A DNA stretch of 63,111 nucleotides, counting the filler, from Basidiobolus ranarum (Eukaryota), in assembly GCA_040143965.1 (NCBI GenBank). It is 15 parts of 15 records of this genome, joined end to end, with 100 filler letters (N's around TTAATTAATTAA, not from the genome) between each part and the next. Parts side by side here need not be neighbours in the genome. Positions count along the whole stretch, not along the records: positions 21,124 to 25,242 come from JASJQH010008984.1; positions 25,343 to 29,460 come from JASJQH010008985.1; positions 29,561 to 33,678 come from JASJQH010008986.1; positions 33,779 to 37,893 come from JASJQH010008987.1; 11 more parts are not named here. One strand, given 5' to 3'. The notes beneath the pieces are model-generated. The model searched no databases and had not been told where the DNA came from. It saw only the letters and a program-made list of their open reading frames with translations. Each line of letters opens with the position of its first letter. Position 1 is the stretch's first letter. Shown here piece after piece: positions 25,141 to 37,690 of this stretch. The translations under genes and the position numbers were made by a program.

Positions 25141-25342
25141 GGGTGTTCCCACGAGCTCGGGTTGATCATATCGCACCGTCGAAGGATCAGGGGGTGTCCC
25201 CCCCATTGTATTTGCCGAAGGATCAGGCCCCCCGTAGTTCGGNNNNNNNNNNNNNNNNNNNNNNNNNNNNNNNNNNNNNNNNNNNNTTAATTAATTAANN
25301 NNNNNNNNNNNNNNNNNNNNNNNNNNNNNNNNNNNNNNNNNN

Positions 25343-25565
25343 ATCCATTGAGAGCTCTAGACTTAAGACACTATGAATAAAGCTTTCATTATCTTTTGAA
25401 TGTGCAATAATGTCTAAAAGTACTTTTCTTAAACATACCACATAAGTAAAATAAACTGTTTCCAAAATGGTAAATAACATTGTGCCGGATAGTGCCCAAT
25501 CAGGCCAATTTGTGCTGGCACACTTTTTAGCTGGCCTGATCTGGCTCAATAAAATGGAACAAGTC
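25343..25565 (+). mobile_element. PIF/Harbinger-like element, 3' terminal fragment
   Basis: Closely matches 42458-42680 and the reverse complement of 36184-36405. It ends AATAAAATGGAACAAGTC and is followed by TAA. Confidence 0.75.
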
Positions 25566-25568
25566 TAA

Positions 25569-27586
25569 TTTTAATCAATTTTTTTTGGTTCAGGAGTGAA
25601 ATTTCAAGATCTTGCAAAATAGTTGCATATGATTGGCCACAATCTCAGAGAACTATGGATCAAAACATGTTCAAAATGTAACCCAAATTTTACATATTTC
25701 CTACTTGAATGCTAATTTGTCAACTTGAAAATCCCTAGTGTCTTTGATATATTCTCCTGAATATTTTTATAGATTTATTCATACCCAAGGTTTAGATCAT
25801 ACCCATCATGAGTTTGTCTCAATATCTCCAACAAAGCCCACCATTGTATTAACATTGCTGAATCAACATTCTTCCAGCTATCTGGCAAATACCCTGCTAT
25901 GTTGTGCAGCTCTGTATTAAGTTCTTCCCAGATATCTGCATGGTCAACACCAAACTGAATGTCAAGTTGAATGTTCTAATTCTGAAGCAACTTTCTGCAT
26001 ACTTGCACTGCATTTTTCCCTTCGTACTTTTGAAAATACCTCCAAACACTTTGATTATTTTCATATGACCATGTAGTGTGACATTACTGAGGGTGCTTTG
26101 TGATATTTGTGTGGCTTTTTGCTAGCCTTTAAGTTTGGGGCTAATTTCAACACTGCGAATAGTACCAGTTGAGGTTGGAGAGCCATGAGTTTTATTTGCT
26201 GTTATTTTGGCTTATTGAGAGGTGCCAGGCATTGGATAAACTTCAAAATTTAGCACTCTTCCAACTGGTGTACCTGGTTCCATGGTGAGATTAAGCTTTT
26301 TTGCCAGTATATCTGACTCTGGAAATGCCGATCTTTGTAATGGTATGAAGAATTTGGTAATTGGGCCAGTAGAGCCTAAACTCACTGGCTCCTTTGCTTT
26401 TCTCTTGGGTTTGCTAACTTCCTGGCACTTCATCACTTCTATAGCTGCTTTTCTTTATTTTCCAAGTAAATAATTGCATACATTTTTGAGTTGTTGCATG
26501 AATAGGCATATACTAGCCCAATTGCCATTTGCTTGCAAAAACCCTGGATAGGCTACATGAAATAAGTCAAGAATCTTCAGAGTAACACCTGTTTTTTGGT
26601 TTGTCTACTATTGGCTTAAAAAGTCCCCTGATGACTCATCTGTGACACCATGTCAGAATCAGCTCATGATAATGATGGGTTACACCCAAAATACCACCCT
26701 TACATAGGGGGTGTTTTTTTTATATAATATCCTTTTCATGCTTCAACACATACATTTAAAGAAGCCCTGCAATTATTGTCACAAATTCTTGTGCTAGGAA
26801 AGCCAAAGACTTCATAGAGAAGATAATCATAAGCATGGACACTATACAAAGCCACCAGCAGCACAAAGCCTGGTGAATATCAACAGTAATAATTGCACAA
26901 AATCAACTTCAGTTTTATCTACTCAGTGCACTTACTGTATTTTTCATCAAAGGTTTGGCAACACTGCCAAAAGTCAAGATACCTTGGAGTTACCTCAGTT
27001 ACATGACCAGAATGATGTAGGTAGAAATGCAACTTTAGTCAAACCAGTAAGTCCAGACAACTTTGAGGACTTGCTGCTGGATGTTGACCTCAGTTATTTT
27101 AGTACCAATGGTGGTATATGAGAAGTAGAAGTAGAAGATGATGGTTTTATTATGGACTCTTTGTTATTGGCAAGCATTAGTCCCCTCATAACACTTACTG
27201 TAAAGGAAGCAGCTTTGATTATTGAGGAGTGGAGAGTTAAATTTAATCTTGGCAACCAGGTGTTTATTGGTTTTCTTAGACTTTTACCACAGTTGATTGG
27301 CAACTGTTGCTTGCCACAGACCTAGTACAAGTGGAAAATACTTGTCAATCATATGACTTATAATCCTTCAGTAATTAAACTACCTACCTTCATATCCAAA
27401 TGGTTGTTTGGCTTTCACTGGTGATCTGAAAACCTGAAGTGATGCACTGTTTACACACTATTGGCAATCACTGAATCACATAAATATTGTTCATATTTGG
27501 CTTACTTACTGTTAATTCCCCATCATAAAGTTTTGATGAAATCACTCAAATATAAATCATTAATCCAATACTAAAGTACTCACCAT
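25569..27586 (+). mobile_element. Decayed CACTA-like copy: ORF-A on -, transposase start on +, cut by a Gypsy insertion
   Basis: Colinear with 8567-10975, including the divergent junction. Confidence 0.78.
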
Positions 27587-29460
27587 TGTAATTGTTTTAG
27601 GATGTAAGCAGCAACTATAACTGCTATATCCTAAGGGTTTTGTGAGGTATCCAAAGGGTGCAATAACCATGGTTGAATAACTCTGGGATGTACTGTAATA
27701 TGGGTCTGTCACTTGCCTCTTCAAGAAAACAATAGGGCTCATATGAGTTTATATTGATAAATCTCAAATCATTAGGAATAATACTAAGGGTGTGATATGA
27801 TTGGCTAGGAAATAAGGGTAAGTCAAATATGGATAATTAAATAGAAATTGTGCAATAGTAATGATATGAACTTGGAGTGGAAATAAGTCAACCTGCCAGT
27901 GGGTAGCAATACTGCCCCACTACATCCACCCCCCTCTGAATTTTGAACTCAAGTGAAAAACCAAACTCAGCAGGTTGAGTTATTTCCTTTAGTTTTGAAT
28001 AGGTTTAGTTGGTTCCTAGCAACTGGTAGTCTAGGTTCTGTTCCATCAAGTTCTGCTGTGTAATAGCTTCCATTACCTACAACTTTAAAAATTTTGTATG
28101 GGCCTCTCCATCAGTTGTCAAATTTCCTGCCCCATTGTTTGTCCAGAGTGGAATAACACTTTGGGACAAGTTCATCAACTTGAAGTGGCTTTAGTTGGAG
28201 GGGATGGGTTTTGTCAAAGTAGTCCTTGTTGGTATTTCTGGCTTTCTTAAGTTCTTCAGCAGCTTTTTCTACATCAACATGGTGTCTGACAATTTGCACC
28301 ATCCTATTGATGAGAAGTTCTTTGGTGGTCATATTAGTCTTCCAGTTCAAAGTGTTCCAAGTTGTGGCTTCAGTTTCAATGGGAAGGATGCATTCTTGTC
28401 CATAAATTAGTCTGTAGGGTGGCATTCCAGTTGTTCTCTTTGTAGAGATCCTGTCAGCCCCTGGTGCTAAGTGCAGCTTTTGCACCAAAGTTGTGATTTG
28501 CCTTGGCAGGACTTGACTATAGAGTTCACTAAGGGTCCATGCCCTCACTCTATCATCCCATTTGCCTGTGGATGATAAGCTGTGGTATGTTCAATATGCA
28601 ATACTTCAAGCAGAGGTCCTGGATCAGCTGTAACATCATTTCTCCTCAGTCAGCAGTGAAATGTCCTATAGTTCCATATAGGCAAATATTGTCTTTAAAG
28701 ATGAACTTCCAAACTGTTTCTGCTTTGTTGTTAGGTAGAGCTCTGGCTTCCACCCATGCACTAAGGTCATCTCTGGCAATAACAAGTTTTTTTTTGTTGC
28801 CAGCTGTAGGCATATGTACAAGATCAATTCCTACCTTCTGCTATAGTTTTGGTACGTAGGGGGGATAAAGTGGCTCCTCATATCTTTTGGTTGATCTCCT
28901 TAGGCATGCTTCACATATCTCCACATATGCTTTGATATCCTGATATTGATTGGTTCAATAGTATCTTAGTGTTCAGTTCTTGAAAGTAGCTTCTGTCCTG
29001 CTGGCTCTCCTTCATGGATCTCTTTAATGATCCTCTGCTTTTCTTTAGAATCAAAGATGACTCATCTTGGTACTTGTCCTACTCAACCTGCTTGAAAAGT
29101 CATTGATCCCTTACAAGAAAGAGTTGCACATTCCTCCTGAGGTTTCTGAATTTTTGGGGAACTAAGGTGTAGGGTCTCTGTAACATAGTCAAATAATGGA
29201 CAATATCTCTCCATTCTTCAGGTATAGGGGTACTGATAGAAGCTTGGTATAAGTTAGCATCAAGGGAGTTTTCAAAGTTATCATCAGAGTGTATTTCACC
29301 AGGTCTTGGTCCCAACTTTGATAGTCCATCTGCAACAACATTTGTTTTTCCTGGTATGTGTACTACTTCAAAGTCAAACATCTTGAGCCAAGCCATCCAC
29401 CAGTTGGTAGCATCATCTGGTAGATCTGGTTTGTTGATCATCCCAATAAGTGGTTTTGCA
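27587..29460 (-). mobile_element. Ty3/Gypsy 3' portion: RNase H end, integrase, PPT and 3' LTR (27924-27587)
   Basis: Contains FDFEVVHIPGKTNVVADGLS, GMPPYRLIYG and W-GPYKI. The PPT AGAGGGGGGTGGA at 27937-27925 abuts a TGTA...TACA 338-bp LTR. Confidence 0.9.
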
Positions 29461-29561
29461 NNNNNNNNNNNNNNNNNNNNNNNNNNNNNNNNNNNNNNNN
29501 NNNNTTAATTAATTAANNNNNNNNNNNNNNNNNNNNNNNNNNNNNNNNNNNNNNNNNNNNC

Positions 29562-29762
29562 TGTTAAGCATGGGTGAAAATTTGAGGTGATTTGGAGAAG
29601 TTTTGAGAAAATAGTGAAAATTGGTAAAAGTGATCTAATTGATATTTCTATCAATTAGAGCAATAAACATATGTTTTTGAATGACAGAATTGAGTACTAA
29701 ATAATCAGAATATGATTAAACTAACTACTAAATAATGAGTTGCTGTTTACCTAATTTCAACA
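29562..29762 (-). mobile_element. Copia-type LTR related to the LTR at 31441
   Basis: The reverse complement starts TGTTGAAATTAGGTAAA, aligns with 31441-31607 and ends TTAACA. Confidence 0.75.
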
Positions 29763-31440
29763 CCAATAATTGATGGCAATTTGGTTTATGACAAGCTGTT
29801 TCTAATCCATTTCATTACACCAAACTTACCATCTGAAAATTTCAATGCTGCTCAAAAAGCATGCAAAATCTAAATCAAATTGGCTTCAAAGCCAAATCCT
29901 GCTGATACTTGAGGAAAAAAACCAGCAAGAACAGATGACTTTATTGATGAGAAGTCTAGTCATCTATTATCCTTTTTGGAAGGCATTAACATGCTAGAAA
30001 CTAACTCAATTAGTAATGAAGCATCAGTCAATTTACCAATTGTGTTAATATCCAGCAATAGTGCAAGTGAAGAGAATATAATACTCCAATTATGTAGTAA
30101 GTCAATAGTTGAGCAAAGTTCAATAGAGGCACCATCAAGACCATCAACTTTCAAAATGGCTACTTTGGCAAATATTGAATGAACCTCTATAGAAAAGTTG
30201 GATAGAATTTTTTCATCAGGGAAATTACAGGCAGAACACCATAATATTTTGTATGCAATCATAGATAAGCACTACAAAGTTTCTATACAGGCCATGAGAT
30301 GCAATAATGCTGTAGAAGTGTTCCAATAATATCCTGTGCACAATCAGTATGACAAATATTATCTCTAGCTATCTTATTATCTTTTTACAGGTCAAGAAAG
30401 GTACAAGAATATACAAGCACTCAAAGTTGCATCAATTTTAACTGCTGACAGCAACCTCAACTGAAATCATAAACTCCTGAATTAGAGCTTTGCAACTATG
30501 CAAGAATCATAAGATTTGAGTAATTATTGGTGGACTACTAAACCAAAGGGCTCCAATTGTTGGAGCTGCCATCACTTGCTCTGATGATGAGTAGTTTAAC
30601 ATTTTGGAAACTGTGTGAAATCTTGCCCAAAATCACCTTGATTTGAGCCATTTTTTGAAAAACCAAAAACATGGCATTACTCCACAGGTTTTTGGCTTAT
30701 TTCATGTGGCTTATCCTGGGCTTTTGTAAGCAAATGGCCATTGGGAAAGCATAGCCTAATGACAAAACATCTCAAAAATGTATGCAATTATTGACTTGGA
30801 AAAGAAAAAAAAGCAGCTAAAGAAAAACTCAAAGAGCAGAAAGTTAGTAATTCCAAAGGAAAAGCAAAGGATCCAGTGAGCTTAGGCCCTGCTCTCCCAC
30901 TTACCAAATTCTTCACACCATCACAAAAATCTGTATTTCCAGGTTCAGACATACAGGTAAAAAAGCTTAATTTCACCATGGGACAAGGTACACTAGTTGG
31001 AACAGTGCTAAATTTGGAAGTATATTCAACACCCAGCACCTATCAACAAGTCAAAATACCAGCAAATAAAACCCTCAGCTCTCCAACCTAAACAGGTACT
31101 TTTCAAAGTGTTAAAATTGGCCACAAACTTGAAGGCAAGCAAAAAGCCACACAAATACCACAAATCATCCTTAGTAGTTTCATGCTACAAGGACTTCTGA
31201 AAGTAGTAAAAATGCTAGAGGAATATTTTCAAAAGTATAAAGGGAAAAATGCCATCCAAGTATGCAAAAAGTGGCTTCAAAAGAAGAACATGCAACTTGA
31301 CTTTCAGTCTGGGCTCAACCATGCAGATATTTGGGATGAACTTAATACAGAGTGGCTCCATATTGCAGGGTAACCACCAGATAGCTGGAAGAATGTTGAT
31401 TCAGGAACATCAATACAATGGTTGGCTTTCATGGAGATAT
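29763..31440 (+). mobile_element. CACTA-like ORF-A remnant
   Basis: Contains EYFQKYKGKNAIQVCKKWLQKKNMQLDFQSG...IWDELNTEW, homologous to 8662-10290. Confidence 0.75.
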
Positions 31441-33678
31441 TGTTGAAATTAGGTAAATAGCAACTCATTATTTAATAGTTAGTTTATTCATATTATGAGT
31501 ATTTAGCACTCAATTCTACCATTCAAAAATGTGTGTTTATTGCTCTAATTGATAAAAATATCAATTAGATCACTTTTACCAATATTCACTATGTTCTCAA
31601 AACTTCTATTTAAACTATAAATAGGACATATTCAATTCAATAAAACCTAAGTGTTTAATTCACAGATCCAAATATAGTCCTCAACACTTCCAAGTCCCCT
31701 AAACACTTTATTCAGGTTAGGAGCCCCAAGCTAGCTGTTAAAGGAATGTCTACCAGTACTATTAGCAATGTTTTTGCATTCACAGAGAAGTTTGATGGTG
31801 AAGGCTTTCACCTTTGGAAGTTCAGGATGCAAATAGTGCTGTAAGACAAGGATCTTTGGGGATTTGTTACAGGAGAAGAAATAGAGCAAAAGGAACCACC
31901 AGATGCCATCCTTGCTTTTCACAAGAGTCTGGCTAATAGGCCATACTTTAGGTGAAAATATTTCTCAATTTTGATGAATTCTGATGATTTTATGCTTAAT
32001 CATATAAATTGGATAAAAGCTGTGGCAGATCAGCTTTCATCCATTGGAGCACCTCTAAATGAAGTTGACTTAGTGATGACACTACTTGGGAGCCTACCAG
32101 ACATGTTTGGGAACCTCATGATTGCCCTAGAATCAGGAGCAGAGCCATTAACAATGGAATATGATAGTACTAGGCTTTTGAATGAAGAATCAAGAAGATC
32201 TATCTCTCAGCAAAATAATGCAGAACTGACATTTTTTGGAGCTGTCAAATGTCCAACAGGCTTCAAAAATGGTGCCCCTAATAGAAAATCAATCATCTGC
32301 AAGTATTGCAAGAAACCAGGCCATATTATCAAAGATTGTGGAAAAAGGATTTTTGCCAAAAAATCTAAAATTGGAACAAACAAAAGAAGTAGGCACTGAT
32401 GTGGATTATCTTTTTGTGTCTGCCCTATCAGTAACCACTAAAGAGGACTCAGAAATGTGGTACATTGAATCAGGAGCTTCCCAGTCCAAACAAGAAAAGT
32501 CTACTTAGGTGATGACTATATGCTAGCTGCAGTTGGTAAAGGCTCAGTTTTACCCAATTTAGACTAGAATTCAGCTATACCCTCTGCACATTTATATGAT
32601 GTGCTCCATGTACCAAATAAAGCCAAGAATCTACTCTCAGTAAGTTAAGCAACAACTCAAGGACAAAAATTTGGCTTCAGTAAGGCTGGATGCACTATCA
32701 CAGATCAGAATAAAATCAAGTTAGCTACTGGGATCAAAATTCAAAATTTACACAGGCTAGAAATCAACAAATTGCATTCTTAGCATGCAAATTTGGACAA
32801 AACCGGTGAAGTAAGTGGTCAAATATGGCATACAAGATTAAGCCACATTGGGGACCAAAAACTGACTCAAATAATCCAAAATCAACTTGTTTCAGGCTTA
32901 GAAATTGGAAATATCACTAAATTGGATCTGTGTGAAGGTTGCATAAATGGAAAACATCACATAGAGCCATTTTCAAGCTCTAGGGAGATCAAATCTACTC
33001 AGAATTTACCCTGATTCATTCCAACCTATGTGGGCTCATGAAAGACATCTCAATAGGTGGGAAAAGGTATATTGTAATCTTTATTCATGACAAAACAAGG
33101 TACAGTTGGGTATTCTTTCTCAAATCAAAATCTGAAGCCTTAGCTAGGTTTGAGCACTACAAAGCAATGGTAGAGGAAGAATCAGTATAAAAAATAAGGG
33201 TACTAAGGAGTGATAATAGTGGAGAATACGGCTCTAAAGACTTTGCTAGTTTTTGCTCTAAACATGGAATTAAGCAATAAACTACTGTACCTTATACTCC
33301 ACAGCAAACCAGAGTTGCAGAACATGCTAATAGGACCACAGTGGAGATGGCATGATCAGTGTTACAAGGTCAAAAGTTTGATCACCAATACTAGGCAGAA
33401 TCAGTCTTCACTGCAGTCTATATCAAAAACAGATGCGCAACAAGATTGCTACAAAATTCTACTCCATTTGAAGCCCTATATGGATCAAAACCAAGTGTGG
33501 ATCATTGCAGGATCTTTGGTTGCATAGCAAATTGCCTAATTCTAGCCCAAAAATACAAAAGCAGAAAAAGCATGTTTCTTGGTTTATGATGGATCTAAGG
33601 CCTATGCAATGTTTGATACCAAAAAGCAGTAGTTAATCATGTGAAGCAATGTGATATTTGATGAAAAAGCAAATTTTT
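31441..33678 (+). mobile_element. Decayed Ty1/Copia element: 5' LTR (31441 to about 31714), PBS, gag, protease and integrase
   Basis: PBS-like GGTTAGGAGCCC. Motifs EKFDGEGFHLWKFRM, CKYCKKPGHIIKDC, WYIESGAS, WHTRLSH..CEGC, LRSDNSGEY and TVPYTPQQ are present, with stops and frameshifts. Confidence 0.92.
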
Positions 33679-33894
33679 NNNNNNNNNNNNNNNNNNNNNN
33701 NNNNNNNNNNNNNNNNNNNNNNTTAATTAATTAANNNNNNNNNNNNNNNNNNNNNNNNNNNNNNNNNNNNNNNNNNNNTATTTCCACCAAAAAGTATAAA
33801 TGCTTTATTTCTGGACAATAAACAATTATCTCACAAAAGCTATTCACAACTCCACTTTTCCAAAGTTCCTCCAAACAGCCCATATTTTCACAAT

Positions 33895-34560
33895 AAGTAG
33901 TGTCACACTACAAGGATGTACAAAAATAGTCAAAGAGTGTGAGGATTATGTTCTAAAGTATGAGGGGAAAAATGCAGTCCAAGTATGCAGAAAGTGGCTT
34001 AAGAAGAAGAACATTCAACTTGACATTCAGTCAGGTGTTGACAGTGCAGATATTTGTGAAGAACTTAATTCAGAGTGGCACAATATCACAGGGTATATGC
34101 CAGATAGCTGGAAGAATGTCAATTCAGCAACATTAATACAATGGCGGGCTTTAATGGAGATAATGATACATGCTTGTGTTGGGTGTGAGCTAAAACTTGG
34201 GTATCAAGAACTCTATAAAAATATTCAGGATAATATATATATAAGAGACTAGGGATTTTGAAGATGACAAATTAGCATTCAAGTGGTAATTGGGTAAAAT
34301 TTGAGTGATGTTTTTTACACATGTGTTGATCCATTGGTCTCCAAGATTGTAGCCAATCATGTGCAACTATTTTGCGACATCTTGAAATTTCACTCCTGAA
34401 ACTGAAAAAATTGATTAAATCACATCCAACTTGACAATTTTATGATGGTAAGTAAACAGTCAATCCCAAATGGATTAAAATTGTGACGGTTTTCCTACAA
34501 TCACAATCCTCAAATTTCTGTCAGGGCTAATCTGTATCAAAGTAAGTTTATTTTTTTTGG
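33895..34560 (+). mobile_element. CACTA-like ORF-A 3' end and subterminal region
   Basis: Contains KYEGKNAVQVCRKWLKKKNIQLDIQSG, with TTGTGACGGT at 34481. Confidence 0.7.
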
Positions 34561-34979
34561 GAAATATTCAGATACCTCCAGGGCCATTGAATTGAGAGTA
34601 GGATATTCATACTCTGGTACAATGAGGATCTAACAGCATTCATTAATTCAGAGTGGGAGACAGTAGAGAACACAGGCAATCTATAACATCACACATCTTT
34701 TGCTAAATCCTTTCAAAAAATTTGGATTTGCAATGCATACTATTTTTCTACTTTTTTGTAATAGTAATATGACAATACTTTGCAATATGCTGCTATGTAA
34801 TTAACATGTATGTTTTGTTGCACCCCTATCTATGACATTTAATTACACAAACTCCTAGTTATCTCAAACAATTGATGTATTTCTCTACTCTTCAAATTGC
34901 CTTATTCTTTCAAGAATAAAGTAACTAAAAATTTATCAATAGTTGCCTCCAAAATACAGTGTCAATGCAAGTTTTTATT

Positions 34980-36181
34980 AATATCTCTATCAAAGCCCAT
35001 CATTGTGCTAACAATGCCAAATCAACATTGTACCAGCTATCTGGCAGATACCCTCCCATATTGTGCCACTGTGTTTTAAATTCTTCCCAGATATCTGCAC
35101 AGTCAGCTCCAGAATGAATGTCAACTTGAATGTTCTTCTTCTGAAACCACTATCTGCATTCTGTGCTGCCTTTTTCCTTTCTTTCTTTTGAAAAAACTCC
35201 TCAATCCCTTTTACTACTTTTATACATGCTTGTAGTGTGACACTACTAAGGGTGCTTTGCAGTGCTCATTGGCTCCTTTGCTTTTCCCATTGGTTTAATA
35301 ACTTACTAGTCCTTGAGAAAATCTTCAGCTTCTGTTCTTGCTTTTTCAAGCCAATAATTGTGTACATCTTTGAGAGGTTTCATGAATTGGCCTATTCTGG
35401 CTCAATTGCCATTTGCCTGCAAAACCTCAGGATAAGCCACATGAAATGAATCAAGAACCATCATGATAATACTGGGTTTTTTTGTTTTCCACAATTAGCT
35501 TGAATCCAGGTGATTTTATGCAGGATTCCACAAAGTTATCAAAATGGTAAACCATATATTATCAGAGCAAGTGACAGCAGCCCCGACAGTCATAGTCTTT
35601 TGGTATGCTGGTTTTCCTATGATATTTCTACCTTCATGTGCCCAAGCAATTTCAGGTCATTGTGTAGGCTTAATGGTGCAACATGTATTCTGCTTAGCTA
35701 GATTGACATAGTGATGCTGATATGTATGGTTTAGGATAGATTGAAATCCCATAGAAGAATGTATAGAGGGAGCAGCATATTACTGGAGATCAGTTACATC
35801 ATTGTAAAGGTCTTGTATCATTTTTGAGTTACTCTATAGCTGATGACTAGTAGCTTCTGAATGCTGCATTAATTGCAATATTCCAACCTTATTGCTTGAC
35901 ATGGCTTGTATAGTAACTTTGTAGCATTTACTAATAATTGTATAAAAATCATTATGGTGTTCTGCATGTGGTTCCCTTTTTGTAATAATTCCATCCAAAT
36001 TCTACATGGTGTAATGATCAATATTTGGCAATGTAGGAATTTGGTAAGTTGTTGGTCTTGACTGTGCTTCTATTGAACTTTGCTTAATTATTAATTACCA
36101 TATAATTGGGGAATATAAACTCTTCACTTGCACAATAGCATCAAGGGAACACATCTGGTAAATTTATTAATGCTTCATCAT
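34980..36181 (-). mobile_element. Second, oppositely oriented ORF-A remnant, interrupted by a Harbinger element
   Basis: Aligns in the same orientation with 8700-10040. Confidence 0.7.
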
Positions 36182-36183
36182 TA

Positions 36184-37400
36184 GACTAGTTCCACTTTAT
36201 TGAGCCAGATCAGGCCAGCTTAAGAGTGTGCCAGCACAAATTGGTACAATTGGGCACCATCTAGCACAATGTTACTTACCATTGCATATGCAGTAGTTTT
36301 ACTCATGTGGTGTATTTTGAAAAGTGCTTTAAACATTATTGTATATTCAAAAGAGGAGCAAAGCTTTATTCATAGTGCTGTAATTCAAGAGCTCTCAATG
36401 GAAATCTTTGAGTAGTCATATATTGATAATCAATCACAATTTTGACTTCTTTACAAACTATGTTTGAGGCTCATAAAAAGATATTCCTCTATATTTTCCT
36501 GCAATAATGCTATATCTTTGCAGGAAATCAAAGCTATTTTCTACTCTTGCTCTGAAATGGGAAAAAATGTCATTATAAAACTTTTGCCTCTCTGTAAATA
36601 TCCCTCCCCTGGGTTTTGTGTTAGCTGTCGCACATCCTAGCCTTCCGCATTCTTCCCCAACATATACCAGATCAGCCATATTTTTCTTATATTTTATAAA
36701 TGGTGCATACTTCTCAATTACTAGCCTTCTATCATGGTGTCTCCCCAGATGATGGCCACATAGCCAAATGATGTTTCCTTACGAATCTGTCAAAGCCTGG
36801 AACATACACAGTGAGCTTTGTACTTGCCAGAATATAATAGCTTTTAATTACTTTTGGGCCTGTTGATTCTTGCAGGAAATATGTCAAGAATACCTTGGAT
36901 ATGAGGGCTGTTAGAAAATACTCCCGGAAATGGAAAAAAATGGAGTTTCAGAAATTTTTGACCCAGTCACCTTGAACCCTATTTATCACTGAAGCTTGAT
37001 AATTCTCACTTACTTGAAGCTTGGAATAAAAGCCTCTCACATTTTACTACCATTGTTAGTTTACCAAAATCTGATTGGACAATAGTTCTTTTAATAACTA
37101 AACAAACTGATTAGCTGCTTGCTAGTAGGTATTGGAGTATATGAGCCATGATATTTCTCAAATATATTCTATAAGGTTGTGATAGGAAAGCCAGTACTTG
37201 CTTTTGTATTACTGAGAAACAGTCATTTATATTAGAAGGAGAGCATGATACTAATCCTGTATTGGGTTGCCACAATAGTGACTGATCCAGCTTGCATAAA
37301 ATATTTATATAAGAATTTCAATTATGAAGGTAAATTCACTACACTCTATATAATGAAATTTCCATTGGGGTTCATTATTCTCATTATTTCAATTTTGTGT
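36184..37400 (-). mobile_element. Decayed PIF/Harbinger (DDE_Tnp_4) transposon
   Basis: Minus-strand motifs GILD..RINRP...YSGKYKAH, GRHHD, ADLVYVG and KPRGG.FTERQKFYN...RARVENSF. Flanked by TTA at 36181-36183. Confidence 0.85.
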
Positions 37401-37427
37401 AATTGTATTGAAATCATATAATCTACT

Positions 37428-37524
37428 GAATCAACAAAGGTAATCATAGTTTGCTCTCAATCAACAAAGGTAATCATAGTTTGCTCTGAATCAACAAAGG
37501 TAATCATAGTTTGCTCTGAATCAA
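37428..37524 (+). repeat. 30-bp tandem repeat, 3.2 copies
   Basis: GAATCAACAAAGGTAATCATAGTTTGCTCT occurs three times with one mismatch. Confidence 0.95.
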
Positions 37525-37690
37525 ATTATTAGATATAAATATTAAAACAGCCCAAGTCAAATGTTTTGCATGATCACACTATGGTAAATTAACTATACAT
37601 TTTAACATATAATATACAAAGATCCCTAATTGTGATGGAAACTAATAAAGTTTAAAATTGTAGATATATATGGTAGTTTCATATTATGCC

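Noticed and set aside
37428..37524. CRISPR-like array
   Set aside because: The units are contiguous with no spacers, there are no cas genes, and the context is eukaryotic.
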